Source of the DNA: Dehalococcoidia bacterium
GTDB lineage: Bacteria > Chloroflexota > Dehalococcoidia > UBA6926
Length of the DNA: 64,000 nt
Assembly (NCBI GenBank): GCA_963665385.1
Contig: OY762213.1
Span: 1,058,313 to 1,122,312 of the forward strand
Reading direction: 5' to 3'
The position numbers were made by a program, and so were the translations under genes. The notes under the pieces are model-generated. The model had not been told where the DNA came from and searched no databases. It saw only the letters and a program-made list of their open reading frames with translations. Of the stretch, positions 39,509 to 49,318 are shown in pieces. Numbering within the stretch: position 1 is the stretch's first letter; every line of letters starts with the position of its first letter.

Positions 39509-40018
39509 GTGACGACAATCTCGGCTGACGCCATCAAGGAACTGCGGGAGCGCACCGGCGCCGGCATCATGGATTGCAAACGCGCCCTAGAGGACGCGCA
39601 GGGCGACATGGACAAGGCCAGTGACTTGCTCAAGGAGCGTGGCATCGCCACCGTCGCCAAGAAGGCCTCCCGAGCGGCAAATGAGGGACTCATCGAGACC
39701 TACATTCACGCTGGCGGTCGCATCGGCGTCATCGTTGAACTTAACTGCGAGACCGATTTCGTCGCCCGCACGGACGATTTCAGGGAGCTTGCCCACAACA
39801 TCGCCCTCCAGGTCGCCGCGATGAATCCGCAGGCCGTCGACGATGAAATTCCTCTTGATGATCTCGACACGTCGGAGGGAGAGCCCCGTCTGCTTCACCA
39901 GCCATTCGTCAAGGACGGAAGCCAAACGATCAGCAACCTTCTGACCGACGCCGTCGCCAAGGTAGGCGAAAACATCGTCATCAAGCGCTTCGCCCGCTAC
40001 GGCATCGGCGAGGAATAG
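39509..40018 (+). CDS. tsf: Elongation factor Ts (short form)
   Basis: ISADAIKELRERTGAGIMDCKRALEDAQGDMDKASDLL (UBA-like N-terminus) plus dimerisation core. Confidence 0.92.
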   Translation: MTTISADAIKELRERTGAGIMDCKRALEDAQGDMDKASDLLKERGIATVAKKASRAANEGLIETYIHAGGRIGVIVELNCETDFVARTDDFRELAHNIALQVAAMNPQAVDDEIPLDDLDTSEGEPRLLHQPFVKDGSQTISNLLTDAVAKVGENIVIKRFARYGIGEE

Positions 40019-40111
40019 AACGCGGACACGGAGACGCAGAGAAAAGAGGCTGCCACGCTGGACGGCGACACACCGCGGCGAGTCCTCCTAAAACTCAGTG
40101 GCGAGGCGCTG

Positions 40112-40789
40112 ATGGGTTCTCGCGCGTCCGGCATTGATGTCGATACCGTCCGTGTCGTCGCATCAGAGATCGTTGACGTACTGAATACCGGCGTCCAGAT
40201 GGGCATCGTCGTGGGTGGCGGAAACATCTGGCGCGGCAGAATCGCCGAGGAATCCGGCATGGATCGCGCCACAGCCGACTACTCCGGCATGTTGGCCACC
40301 GTCATCAACGCCCTTGCGCTCCAGAGCACGCTTGAGAGCCTTGGCGCGGACGTCCGCACCCTCTCCGCAATCGCCATCCAGGCTGTTGCAGAGCCGTATA
40401 TCCGCCGACGTTCCATACGTCACATGGAGAAGGGTCGCATCGTTATCTTCGCCGCCGGAACAGGCAATCCGTACATGACGACGGACACGGCGGCCTCCCT
40501 GCGTGCCGTGGAAGTTGGCGCGGACATCCTTCTTATGTCCAAGAACAAGGTGGACGGAATCTATGACGCCGATCCCAACGAGCACTCGGACGCGAAACGC
40601 TATTCCGCCATCAGCTATATGGAAGCGCTCAATCTTCGCCTCGGCGTCATGGACAGCACGGCGTTGACCCTTTGCATGGACAACAGCCTGCCCATCGTCG
40701 TCTTTGACATCTTTGACACGGGAAGTCTTGGCAGAATACTGAGTGGTGAGACGGTCGGTACGCTCGTCAACGCGAGCGGCTCGCGCTGA
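40112..40789 (+). CDS. pyrH: UMP kinase
   Basis: LLKLSGEAL...[11 protein letters not shown] motifs. The frame is open upstream to 40019, so the true (possibly non-ATG) start lies a few codons 5' of ATG 40112. Confidence 0.9.
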   Translation: MGSRASGIDVDTVRVVASEIVDVLNTGVQMGIVVGGGNIWRGRIAEESGMDRATADYSGMLATVINALALQSTLESLGADVRTLSAIAIQAVAEPYIRRRSIRHMEKGRIVIFAAGTGNPYMTTDTAASLRAVEVGADILLMSKNKVDGIYDADPNEHSDAKRYSAISYMEALNLRLGVMDSTALTLCMDNSLPIVVFDIFDTGSLGRILSGETVGTLVNASGSR

Positions 40790-40816
40790 GCGCGCCCACC
40801 GGAGGGAGGACACGCC

Positions 40817-41374
40817 ATGACGCAACAGATTCTCGACGATGCCGAGCATCGAATGCAGGTCACTTGTGAGGTTCTTGACCGTGAATTGGCAGGAATCCGC
40901 ACCGGCCGCGCTTCCCCTACCCTGATCGAGGAATTGCGGGTCGATTACTACGGAACCCCCACCCCGCTCAAACAGCTTGCGACCATCACGGCTCCGGAAC
41001 CCCGCCTCCTTGTCGTCCAGCCCTACGACCGATCCGCAACGACAGCTATTGAGCGTGCCATCCTCCAGACGGATCTGGGGCTTTCACCCGTCGCGGACGG
41101 CCAACTGCTCCGCATCCCCATCCCGCACATGACGGAGGAACGCCGCAAGGAGATGAGTCGCTTGGTGCGTTCCAAGTCCGAGGATGAGCGTGTGGCCATT
41201 CGAAACGTCCGTCGCGACGCCATGGACCATCTGCGCCGCCTGCAGCGTGACAAGGATATATCCGAGGACGAAGAACATCGTGCGGCAGACCAGCTCCAGA
41301 AGATCACCGACCGCTACACAGGTAGGGTCGATGAGATGGGTGCGGCCAAGGAAGCCGCGGTCATGGAAGTCTAG
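40817..41374 (+). CDS. frr: Ribosome recycling factor
   Basis: Typical Frr sequence (LRTGRASPTLIEELRVDYYGTPTPLKQLATI). Confidence 0.93.
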   Translation: MTQQILDDAEHRMQVTCEVLDRELAGIRTGRASPTLIEELRVDYYGTPTPLKQLATITAPEPRLLVVQPYDRSATTAIERAILQTDLGLSPVADGQLLRIPIPHMTEERRKEMSRLVRSKSEDERVAIRNVRRDAMDHLRRLQRDKDISEDEEHRAADQLQKITDRYTGRVDEMGAAKEAAVMEV

Positions 41375-41397
41375 CGCCCGATTGGCCCGCGCCCCGC

Positions 41398-42123
41398 ATG
41401 ACACCGCCCAACAACGAACAGGACTCCGCCTCAACTCCCCGGCACGTCGCCATCGTCATGGATGGCAACGGACGGTGGGCGCGCGAACGAGAACTCCCAC
41501 GCGAACAGGGTCACCAGCATGGCCGCATCAAGCTGCATGATGTCGTCCGTGCGTTCTCTGAACGAGGCGTCCGCTATCTGACGCTCTACGCATTTTCCAC
41601 GGAGAATTGGCGGCGTCCGTCCGAAGAAGTCCAGGGTCTGATGACACTCGCCGCTGAGGCCATCAAGCAGGACGCCCCCCGCCTGCACCAGGAGGGCGCG
41701 CGCCTTCTTCATCTTGGACGCAAGGATCGCCTCGACCCCGACATTGCCGCCGCCATAGACCGCGTCGTTGACACCACGAAGGACAACACCGGCATCACGC
41801 TCAGCGTCGCGTTCGATTATGGAGGCCGCGAGGAGATCCTCGCGGCGGCAAGATCACTCATGCGCGACGGCGTGGCAGCCGACAGCATTGACGAATCTGC
41901 ATTCGAGAGCCGCCTGTTCACCAACGGTCTGCCGGACCCGGATCTGATCATACGCACCGGAGGAGAACTGCGTATCAGCAACTTCCTGCTGTGGCAGGCT
42001 GCCTACGCGGAGCTCTATTTCACGCCAACCCTATGGCCTGATTTCGGCCCTCAAGAGGTGACCAAAGCTCTCGACTCCTACGCCGCCCGCAAACGCCGCT
42101 TCGGCGGCGTAGAGGGAGAATAG
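41398..42123 (+). CDS. uppS: Undecaprenyl diphosphate synthase
   Basis: HVAIVMDGNGRWA and FSTENWRRP cis-prenyltransferase motifs. Confidence 0.93.
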   Translation: MTPPNNEQDSASTPRHVAIVMDGNGRWARERELPREQGHQHGRIKLHDVVRAFSERGVRYLTLYAFSTENWRRPSEEVQGLMTLAAEAIKQDAPRLHQEGARLLHLGRKDRLDPDIAAAIDRVVDTTKDNTGITLSVAFDYGGREEILAAARSLMRDGVAADSIDESAFESRLFTNGLPDPDLIIRTGGELRISNFLLWQAAYAELYFTPTLWPDFGPQEVTKALDSYAARKRRFGGVEGE

Positions 42124-42160
42124 GCCAACCTTCCTTACTCCCCTCCCCCATAATCTCTTT

Positions 42161-42841
42161 ATGGGAATGAAGCAGGAGGACGCAACCAGTAAGCGGGATT
42201 CACTGCCTCTACGGCTGGTCACAGCGGCCGCTGGCATCCCGATACTGGCTCTCGCCATCTGGTTGGGTGGCATACCCCTTTTGCTCGTTACCGGGGCGGC
42301 GGCGCTGGTGGCGATCTGGGAACTACGTGCCCTGCTCCGGCGCTTTGGCCTCATGCCGTGGTTGCTCGCATCTCTCTCCGTCGCCACGTTCCTCGCTGCC
42401 GGACTTGCGCTTCGAGATCTGGACAACGGCCTCGCCTGGCTGTCCTATGCCATCCTCATCACGTTCGCATCGGACACTGCCGCTTATGCCGTCGGCAGAC
42501 TCGTGGGTCGCCATCGACTCGCCCCCACCATCAGCCCCGGCAAGACGTGGGAGGGCACAGTGGGCGGAATCATCGGCGCGGCGGCAGTGAGCGCCGTCTT
42601 TGCGTGGTTCATCGAACTAGATTCCCTGCCGCTTATGGCAGCCACACTACTTGGCGCGGGGCTATCCGTGCTTGGCCAGCTGGGAGACCTGACCGAGTCC
42701 TGGCTCAAGCGAAAGGCGGGCGTCAAGGACTCCGGAAACCTGCTTCCCGGGCATGGCGGCATCCTTGATCGACTCGATTCCCTGCTGCCGATTCTCCCCG
42801 CTGTATTTGTCTATGTGACCATCGTCACTACTATGGAATGA
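42161..42841 (+). CDS. cdsA: Phosphatidate cytidylyltransferase
   Basis: CDS family motif SWLKRKAGVKDSGNLLPGHGGILDRLDS. Confidence 0.9.
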   Translation: MGMKQEDATSKRDSLPLRLVTAAAGIPILALAIWLGGIPLLLVTGAAALVAIWELRALLRRFGLMPWLLASLSVATFLAAGLALRDLDNGLAWLSYAILITFASDTAAYAVGRLVGRHRLAPTISPGKTWEGTVGGIIGAAAVSAVFAWFIELDSLPLMAATLLGAGLSVLGQLGDLTESWLKRKAGVKDSGNLLPGHGGILDRLDSLLPILPAVFVYVTIVTTME

Positions 42842-42842
42842 C

Positions 42843-43955
42843 ATGAACCACTCTCAGAAACGCATCGCAGTCCTTGGATCAACGGGGTCTATCGGCACGC
42901 AGACGTTGGACATTGTCCGCCGTCACCCTGACCGATTCCGCGTCGTCGGTCTTGCAGCGGGACACAACAGCGATGCCTTTCAGACGCAGGTGGCGGAGTT
43001 TCTTCCCACCCTGTCAGCCACTGGTGACGCTGCGACGCCGGAGGGACTTGCCCACATCGCGGGTAGCTCAAGCGTGGACGCCGTAGTCCTCGCCATACCG
43101 GGCCTCGCCGCACTTGCCCCTGCCCTTGCCGCCATCAAGGAAGGCAAGACAGTCGCCCTTGCGAGCAAGGAAGTCCTCGTTGTAGCGGGTGAACTCGTGA
43201 TGAGCGAGGTGGCCCGTACCGGCGCGGCGCTCCTCCCTGTTGACAGCGAACACAGTGCTCTCTGGCAATGTTTGGCGGGAGAGCCGAGCGATGCCGTTAG
43301 CCGCCTGATCCTCACAGCCTCGGGCGGCCCGTTCTTTAGGCGCAGCAATGAGGAGCTTGAATCGGTCACGCCCGAAGAGGCCCTCGCTCATCCAACGTGG
43401 CGCATGGGACCCAAGGTCACCACTGATTCCGCCACCCTGATGAACAAGGCATTTGAGGTCATGGAGGCGCGTTGGCTCTATGACATCGATTACGACCACA
43501 TCGATGTCATGATTCATCGACAGAGCATCGTCCACTCGATGGTTGAGTTCACCAACGGCACGCTCAAGGCGCAGCTCTCGATGCCGGACATGCGCCTCCC
43601 CATCCAGTACGCGCTCGCCTACCCGGAGCGTATCGAGCGCCCCTCAGATTGGCGGGAGATGGACTATTCCGTTGAACAGACTTTCGAAGAACTGGACCGC
43701 GACCGTTTCCCATGCTTCTGGATTGCAATTGATGCTGCCCGAAGCGGTAAGACATACCCCGCCGTCCTCAATGCCGCCGACGAAATCGCCGTTGAACTCT
43801 TCCTCTCCGGCGCCATCCCCTTCAACTCCATAGCAACTCTGATTAGGGACGCGCTAGACTCCCACACGCCTGTGAATCAGCCTACTCTTGACGACCTGCT
43901 TGCGGCTGACACGTGGGCGCGCGACCACGTCCGGAACGCGGCGAGAGAGCGCTGA
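42843..43955 (+). CDS. dxr: 1-deoxy-D-xylulose-5-phosphate reductoisomerase
   Basis: IAVLGSTGSIGTQTLDIV NADPH-binding motif and the Dxr C-terminal domain. Confidence 0.93.
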   Translation: MNHSQKRIAVLGSTGSIGTQTLDIVRRHPDRFRVVGLAAGHNSDAFQTQVAEFLPTLSATGDAATPEGLAHIAGSSSVDAVVLAIPGLAALAPALAAIKEGKTVALASKEVLVVAGELVMSEVARTGAALLPVDSEHSALWQCLAGEPSDAVSRLILTASGGPFFRRSNEELESVTPEEALAHPTWRMGPKVTTDSATLMNKAFEVMEARWLYDIDYDHIDVMIHRQSIVHSMVEFTNGTLKAQLSMPDMRLPIQYALAYPERIERPSDWREMDYSVEQTFEELDRDRFPCFWIAIDAARSGKTYPAVLNAADEIAVELFLSGAIPFNSIATLIRDALDSHTPVNQPTLDDLLAADTWARDHVRNAARER

Positions 43956-43956
43956 C

Positions 43957-45024
43957 GTGTCGATCCTCATCACCATCGCCGCATTTGCGGTCGTGCTCAG
44001 CTTCCTTGTGCTCATTCATGAGCTCGGACATTTCTGGGCGGCGCGTCTGCTCGGCATTCGCGTCCGGGAGCTCGGCATCGGCTTTCCGCCCCGCGCCAAG
44101 GGTTTCTGGCGTAACGGCATCGTCTATTCCCTGAATTGGCTGCCCGTCGGCGGGTTTGTCCGGCTTGAAGGTGAAAGCGACCCGACCGTGCCCGACGGCT
44201 ACGCGGGCAAGCCCGTATGGGCGCGGGTCACTGTTCTCGTGGCCGGCTCCGCCATGAACATCCTGCTCGCGTGGTTCATCTTCAGCGCCCTAGCTTCCCT
44301 GCCCGTCGACCGGCTCGTCGACAGCGAGATCATGATCGAAGAAGTGGTGCCCGGTTCCCCTGCGGACGAGGCCGGCCTGCGTGTCGGCGATGTCATCCGT
44401 GGCGTGGACGGTCAGGACATATTGACACTGGGGCAGCTCTCCGACCGCATCAACCGCGCGGACGGCGACGAAGTTGTGTTGCGCGTACTGCGTGGAACCG
44501 TCCCGCTTGCCGTCTACCTTGCTCCCCGTGCAAACCCCCCGCCCGGTGAAGGGCCCATGGGCGTGTCGATACGGCTTCTGAACCCCGTTTTTGAACGCAG
44601 CGCCGCGCCGGTCTGGCAGGCGCCATGGAATAGCATCGTCCTCATGGGCAATGTCATCACAAGCACCGCGACGGAGATCCAGCGCGTGGTCGGATCCTCT
44701 AGCAACCCCGGCATCGCCGGGCCGGTGGGTATTGCACAGGCAACGGGCGAAGCGGCGCAGGATGGGCCGATTTCCCTGCTGATCATCGTCGCCCTGCTGA
44801 GCCTCAACCTGGGCATCCTGAACCTGCTGCCCATCCCTGCCCTGGACGGCGGCCGCATCCCGTTCCTCATCCTGGAAGTTGTTCGACGCGGACGTCGCCT
44901 CTCGCCCGAGCGCGAGAACGTGGTCCACCTAATCGGCTTCGTCTTCCTGCTTTCAATGGTCCTCTTCGTCACCGTCGGCATCGACCTCCCCCGCCTCCTG
45001 GGCGGAGAATCAGTACTGCCGTAA
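43957..45024 (+). CDS. rseP: Regulated intramembrane proteolysis zinc metalloprotease (site-2 protease, M50) with PDZ domain
   Basis: HELGHFWAAR (HExxH), PDZ (GDVIRGVDG), and the LDGG motif region. GTG 43957 directly follows the dxr stop. Confidence 0.9.
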   Translation: MSILITIAAFAVVLSFLVLIHELGHFWAARLLGIRVRELGIGFPPRAKGFWRNGIVYSLNWLPVGGFVRLEGESDPTVPDGYAGKPVWARVTVLVAGSAMNILLAWFIFSALASLPVDRLVDSEIMIEEVVPGSPADEAGLRVGDVIRGVDGQDILTLGQLSDRINRADGDEVVLRVLRGTVPLAVYLAPRANPPPGEGPMGVSIRLLNPVFERSAAPVWQAPWNSIVLMGNVITSTATEIQRVVGSSSNPGIAGPVGIAQATGEAAQDGPISLLIIVALLSLNLGILNLLPIPALDGGRIPFLILEVVRRGRRLSPERENVVHLIGFVFLLSMVLFVTVGIDLPRLLGGESVLP

Positions 45025-45088
45025 ACAACCTCCGTTCCCCGTAAGACCCTCGGTTCACCCTGAGCATAGCGAACAATTTAAAGACGCA

Positions 45089-45117
45089 TTGCTACTCACA
45101 CAAATGTTCGCTAGAAT
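45089..45117 (+). promoter_or_regulatory. Near-consensus sigma70-like promoter (TTGCTA-N17-TAGAAT) driving the low-GC islet gene
   Basis: ttgcta (45089-45094), 17-nt spacer, tagaat (45112-45117), lying in a locally AT-rich intergenic region. Confidence 0.45.
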
Positions 45118-45201
45118 TTAGTCGTCAGAATGGAGAGTGCCGCGCCTGAGGCAGATGCTGCGCCAGCAACGCGGTTAGTGAGCAGAGAATCGCGGGGGTA
45201 G

Positions 45202-46209
45202 GTGAGGCAAATGATGGCAAGCTACCAGCCTAATGCAGACGACTATATCTGGCCGGGCTTTCCCTGCGTTACTTTTCCAGGAGGAGGTCTCAACGGAATC
45301 GTCCAAGTTGAAGACTCCCCGAGATCAGGTGGGGGTTACACGATTGATTTTGTTGGCAGGATGAGAATTCAAGATCGTAATCTCCTTCTTCATCATCGCG
45401 CTCTTTTGACTTCAATGCTGATTGACTTGCGGGAGCAAGGTGAGCAGTGGCCACAGGTAACAGTCGATCTAATCAACAGAGCAATTTCGGCTCAACCAAT
45501 GTCAGTAGATGAGCGGGCAGTTAGACTCCTTCGCTTCTTAGCAGGCTCGACCACCGAAATAGGCAAGGCATATAACATAGATCGTGGTATGCACCAATTG
45601 CTCGCTTGGTCAGAATCCACGAGCGCAGGCGAAGTTGGTTACTTAGTAGACTATCTCATTAATCAAGAATGGCTCGCTGGAGTTGCAGGAGCTAAGGCGC
45701 GCTATGGTGATTACCTAGTCCCTAGTGATATCAGAGTCACAGTCAGCGGACACCGGAAAGTCGCGAATGAGAGTGCGCTAGTTCAATCTGCTCAAGGATT
45801 TGTCGCAATGTGGTTGGGTGAATCTATAGCGGATGTGTACGAGAGCGGAATTCGGCCCGCCATAGATGATTCAGGCTTCAAGCCGATGCGAATAGACCAA
45901 GAGAACTTCACTGAGAGAATCGAAGACAGAATCATCGCAGAAATACGGCGGTCGCGATTTCTGGTAGCCGACTTTACACATGATGCAAGAGGGGCTCGTG
46001 GCAGTGTCTATTATGAGGCCGGTTTTGCACATGGGCTTGGCTTAGACGTTATCTTCACTTGTCAACGTGACCAGGTGGACGAGCTTCACTTTGATACTAG
46101 TCACTACCCACACATCACCTGGACATCTCCCGAAGATCTACGAAACCAACTTACGACTCGTATTCTGGCGGTAATCGGAGAAGGGCCCCTAACGCAGTCC
46201 GTTCAATAA
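45202..46209 (+). CDS. Low-GC acquired gene: an unknown N-terminal domain of about 210 aa fused to a C-terminal DNPH1/Rcl/nucleoside-2-deoxyribosyltransferase-like (TIR-related Rossmannoid) domain
   Basis: Codon and GC composition are clearly lower than the flanks (about 40-50% versus about 65%). The C-terminus has RSRFLVADFT...GSVYYEAGFAHGLGLDVIF, matching the NDT/DNPH1 catalytic-glutamate motif (ADVVVAEVT...GVGYELGRAVA). I recognise nothing in the N-terminal half. Confidence 0.6.
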   Translation: MRQMMASYQPNADDYIWPGFPCVTFPGGGLNGIVQVEDSPRSGGGYTIDFVGRMRIQDRNLLLHHRALLTSMLIDLREQGEQWPQVTVDLINRAISAQPMSVDERAVRLLRFLAGSTTEIGKAYNIDRGMHQLLAWSESTSAGEVGYLVDYLINQEWLAGVAGAKARYGDYLVPSDIRVTVSGHRKVANESALVQSAQGFVAMWLGESIADVYESGIRPAIDDSGFKPMRIDQENFTERIEDRIIAEIRRSRFLVADFTHDARGARGSVYYEAGFAHGLGLDVIFTCQRDQVDELHFDTSHYPHITWTSPEDLRNQLTTRILAVIGEGPLTQSVQ

Positions 46210-46318
46210 CCCCCACCCCTGACATCCAGTCTCACTTCCACTGATTCTCACGCCCCCTATGGTATGGTGGAAGTAAGCATTAGGAAGAAATCGACGCGCG
46301 CGGACAGGAGTAGGTCCG

Positions 46319-47467
46319 ATGAATCAAAGACGTCTTTCCCGGCAGATCCAGGTAGGTGATGTCCCCGTCGGTGGCGATGCTCCCATTGCCATCCAGTCCA
46401 TGACCAAGACGGACACACGGGACGCCGAAGCAACAATCTCCCAGATATATGAGGTCGCCGCAGCCGGATGTGACATCATCCGCCTCGCAGTGCCCAACAT
46501 GGACGCCGCCGCGGCCCTCAAAGAGATCTGCAGCCGCGCTCCCATCCCCGTTGTCGCAGACATCCACTTCCATCACCTGCTGGCGCTTGAGGCCATCAAG
46601 AATGGCGTCAGCGGCATCCGACTGAACCCCGGCAACATCCGCGACGCCGACAAGGTGCGTGAGGTCACGACCCTCGCCAAGGAATACGACATTCCAATTC
46701 GAATTGGCGTCAACTTCGGTTCCCTGCCGCCCATCGGCGGCATCGGCAAGACCGGTGATTTCCACCGCCTTGCGGACGGCGTCAACAAGCTCGCCAAGGC
46801 CAGCCAGGAGGGCGAAGGCGACTACACCGTCGTCGACCACATGGTGGCAACCGCCCTGTGGGAAGTCGGAATCCTGGAGGAATTGGGATTCGACCAGATC
46901 AAGATCTCCGTCAAGGGATTCGATGTTCCCATGACAGTCCAGGCCTATCAGCGGGTCGCCGAGCAGGTCGACTATCCCCTGCACTTGGGAATCACCGAGG
47001 CGGGCACGCCGTTTGGCGGCTCGATCCGCAGCGCCATCGGCATTGGACACCTGCTCCACGAGGGCATCGGTGATACCATCCGCGTCTCGCTCGCCGGAGA
47101 CCCCGTGAAGGAGGTCGAGGCCGGTTGGGAGATCCTCAAGTCGCTTAATCTTCGCAACAAGGGCGTCACGCTCATCGCCTGCCCGTCCTGCGGCCGCGCC
47201 GACGTTGACATCATCAAGTACTCACAGATGGTGGACGAGGCTCTCAAGCAGGTCGACAAGCCCGTTCGCGTGGCCGTCATGGGCTGTGAAGTCAACGGCC
47301 CCGGCGAGGCAAAGGATGCCGACGTGGGAATCGCTGCGGGCAATGGCCGCGGCATCATCTTCCGCAAGGGCGAGAAGGTCCGAGTCGTTCCTGAGGACGA
47401 GTTCGTCTCTGCCCTCATGGAGGAGATCGAGAAGATCGAAGTCGATCCCGAGCTCGCCGCAACCTAG
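46319..47467 (+). CDS. ispG: 4-hydroxy-3-methylbut-2-en-1-yl diphosphate synthase (flavodoxin/ferredoxin)
   Basis: GcpE motifs (IQSMTKTDTRD, CPSCGR). Confidence 0.93.
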   Translation: MNQRRLSRQIQVGDVPVGGDAPIAIQSMTKTDTRDAEATISQIYEVAAAGCDIIRLAVPNMDAAAALKEICSRAPIPVVADIHFHHLLALEAIKNGVSGIRLNPGNIRDADKVREVTTLAKEYDIPIRIGVNFGSLPPIGGIGKTGDFHRLADGVNKLAKASQEGEGDYTVVDHMVATALWEVGILEELGFDQIKISVKGFDVPMTVQAYQRVAEQVDYPLHLGITEAGTPFGGSIRSAIGIGHLLHEGIGDTIRVSLAGDPVKEVEAGWEILKSLNLRNKGVTLIACPSCGRADVDIIKYSQMVDEALKQVDKPVRVAVMGCEVNGPGEAKDADVGIAAGNGRGIIFRKGEKVRVVPEDEFVSALMEEIEKIEVDPELAAT

Positions 47468-47579
47468 AGCCCCCTTCCACGCCCCAACTGACAACGGCGA
47501 CGTTGCCGCTGTATCCTATTCGCAATAGATTCGCGCGTAGGCTGCGACGCCTGCGTGTGCCCAATGGGAGGATCAGCCC

Positions 47580-49244
47580 GTGACTAACGGTTCAAACATG
47601 TCCAAGCAGGAGTGGCTGGAGAGCGTCTACGGCCCCGCCGTCGCCCGCAATAAGGAACGGCAGGAGCGATTCGAGACCACCTCTGAAATCGAGATCGATC
47701 CGCTATACGACCCCAGCGACGTTACTGAATCTGAATTCGCCAGCAAGGTTGGCTACCCTGCCCGCTTCCCCTTCACCCGCGGCGTCCAGCCCACCATGTA
47801 TCGTGGCCGACTCTGGACCATGCGCCAATACGCCGGATTCGCCTCAGCCGAGGAGACCAACCGCCGTTACCAGTACCTTCTTGAGCAGGGCCAGACCGGC
47901 CTCTCCATGGCCTTTGACCTTCCCACGCAAACGGGTTACGACTCCGATGCCCCTCTCGCCCTCGGTGAGGTCGGTAAGGTCGGCGTACCAGTCGCGCACG
48001 TTGAGGATATGGCTATCGTCTTTGACGGCATCGACCTCGCCAAGGTCTCAACGTCCATGACCATCAACGCCACCGCGTCGATCCTTCTCGCCTATTACAT
48101 CGCCGTGGCCCGCCGTGAGGGCGTCCCCACCAAGGAACTCCGCGGCACCGTCCAGAATGACATCCTCAAGGAGTACATCGCGCGAGGCACCTACATATAT
48201 CCCCCTGCCCCGTCCATGCGTCTCATCACGGACCTCTTTGAGTACTGCGCCACTGAGACCCCCGCGTGGAACACCATTTCCATCAGCGGCTACCACATGC
48301 GCGAGGCCGGCAGCACAGCTGCCCAGGAGATCGCGTTCACTATTGCGGACGCCATAGCATATGTTGATGCTGCCATCGCGGCCGGGCTCAAGGTAGACGA
48401 CTTCGGTCCGCAGCTCTCCTTCTTCTTTGTCGCCCAATCCAACCTCCTTGAAGAGGTCGCCAAGTACCGCGCCGCGCGACGCCTGTGGGCGAAGATCATG
48501 GTCGAGCGGTTCGGATCAGAGAACCCTCGCTCCCAGATGCTCCGCTTCCACACACAGACCGCCGGTGTCACACTCACCGCGCAGCAGCCGGATAACAACG
48601 TCGTCCGCTCCACCCTTCAGGCACTCGCCGCCGTTCTCGGCGGAACACAGTCCCTGCACGTCAACTCCAAGGATGAGGCCCTTGCCCTGCCCTCGGAGGA
48701 CGCCGTCACGCTCTCGCTCCGCACCCAGCAGGTTCTCGCGTACGAGTCCGGCGTCACGGACACTGTCGACCCGCTCGCCGGCTCCTACTTCGTAGAGGCC
48801 ATGACGGACAAGTTGGAAGAAGAGGCGCGCGCCTACATCGAGCGCATCGACAAGATGGGCGGCGCAGTCCGGGCCATTGAGAACGGATTCCCGCAGCAGG
48901 AGATCGGCGACGCCTCATACAAGTACCAGACGCAGGTTGAGAGCCGAGAGCGCACCGTCGTCGGCGTCAACTCCTTCACATCCGGCGACGAAACACCCAT
49001 GGAGATTCTCCGCATCAACCCCGAGGAAACGAAGCGCCAGGTTGACCGCCTTGAGCGCGTCCGCCGTGAGCGAGACGGCCACAAGGCGCAGTCAACTCTT
49101 GAGCACCTTGAAGCCGTCGCAAAGAGTTCAGACAACACCATGCCCGCCATCATCGACTGCGTGGAAGCCGGAGCCACCACCGGCGAGATCTGTGACGTGC
49201 TCCGCGGCGTATTCGGCATGCACAAGGAGCTCCTGGTCGTCTAA
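47580..49244 (+). CDS. Methylmalonyl-CoA mutase catalytic (N-terminal TIM-barrel) subunit; no fused B12 domain
   Basis: [55 protein letters not shown] is the MCM substrate-domain signature. It ends before the B12-binding domain, which is encoded at 51072..51488. Confidence 0.9.
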   Translation: MTNGSNMSKQEWLESVYGPAVARNKERQERFETTSEIEIDPLYDPSDVTESEFASKVGYPARFPFTRGVQPTMYRGRLWTMRQYAGFASAEETNRRYQYLLEQGQTGLSMAFDLPTQTGYDSDAPLALGEVGKVGVPVAHVEDMAIVFDGIDLAKVSTSMTINATASILLAYYIAVARREGVPTKELRGTVQNDILKEYIARGTYIYPPAPSMRLITDLFEYCATETPAWNTISISGYHMREAGSTAAQEIAFTIADAIAYVDAAIAAGLKVDDFGPQLSFFFVAQSNLLEEVAKYRAARRLWAKIMVERFGSENPRSQMLRFHTQTAGVTLTAQQPDNNVVRSTLQALAAVLGGTQSLHVNSKDEALALPSEDAVTLSLRTQQVLAYESGVTDTVDPLAGSYFVEAMTDKLEEEARAYIERIDKMGGAVRAIENGFPQQEIGDASYKYQTQVESRERTVVGVNSFTSGDETPMEILRINPEETKRQVDRLERVRRERDGHKAQSTLEHLEAVAKSSDNTMPAIIDCVEAGATTGEICDVLRGVFGMHKELLVV

Positions 49245-49318
49245 CTACACATACCAACAACACCCTCTGCCTAAAGGAGAGGGTTGGGTGAGGGGAAAGC
49301 AGGGAGGATAACCAACGG

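Noticed and set aside
46228-46275. Inverted repeat cacttccac...gtggaagt downstream of the islet gene, as a possible terminator or attachment site
   Set aside because: It is an 8-bp stem with an approximately 25-nt loop and no T-tract, which is not convincing as an intrinsic terminator. No matching repeat occurs at the other flank.
47468-47579. Possible cobalamin riboswitch upstream of the methylmalonyl-CoA mutase gene
   Set aside because: The intergenic region is only about 110 nt. That is too short for a B12 riboswitch, and no B12-box-like sequence is evident.
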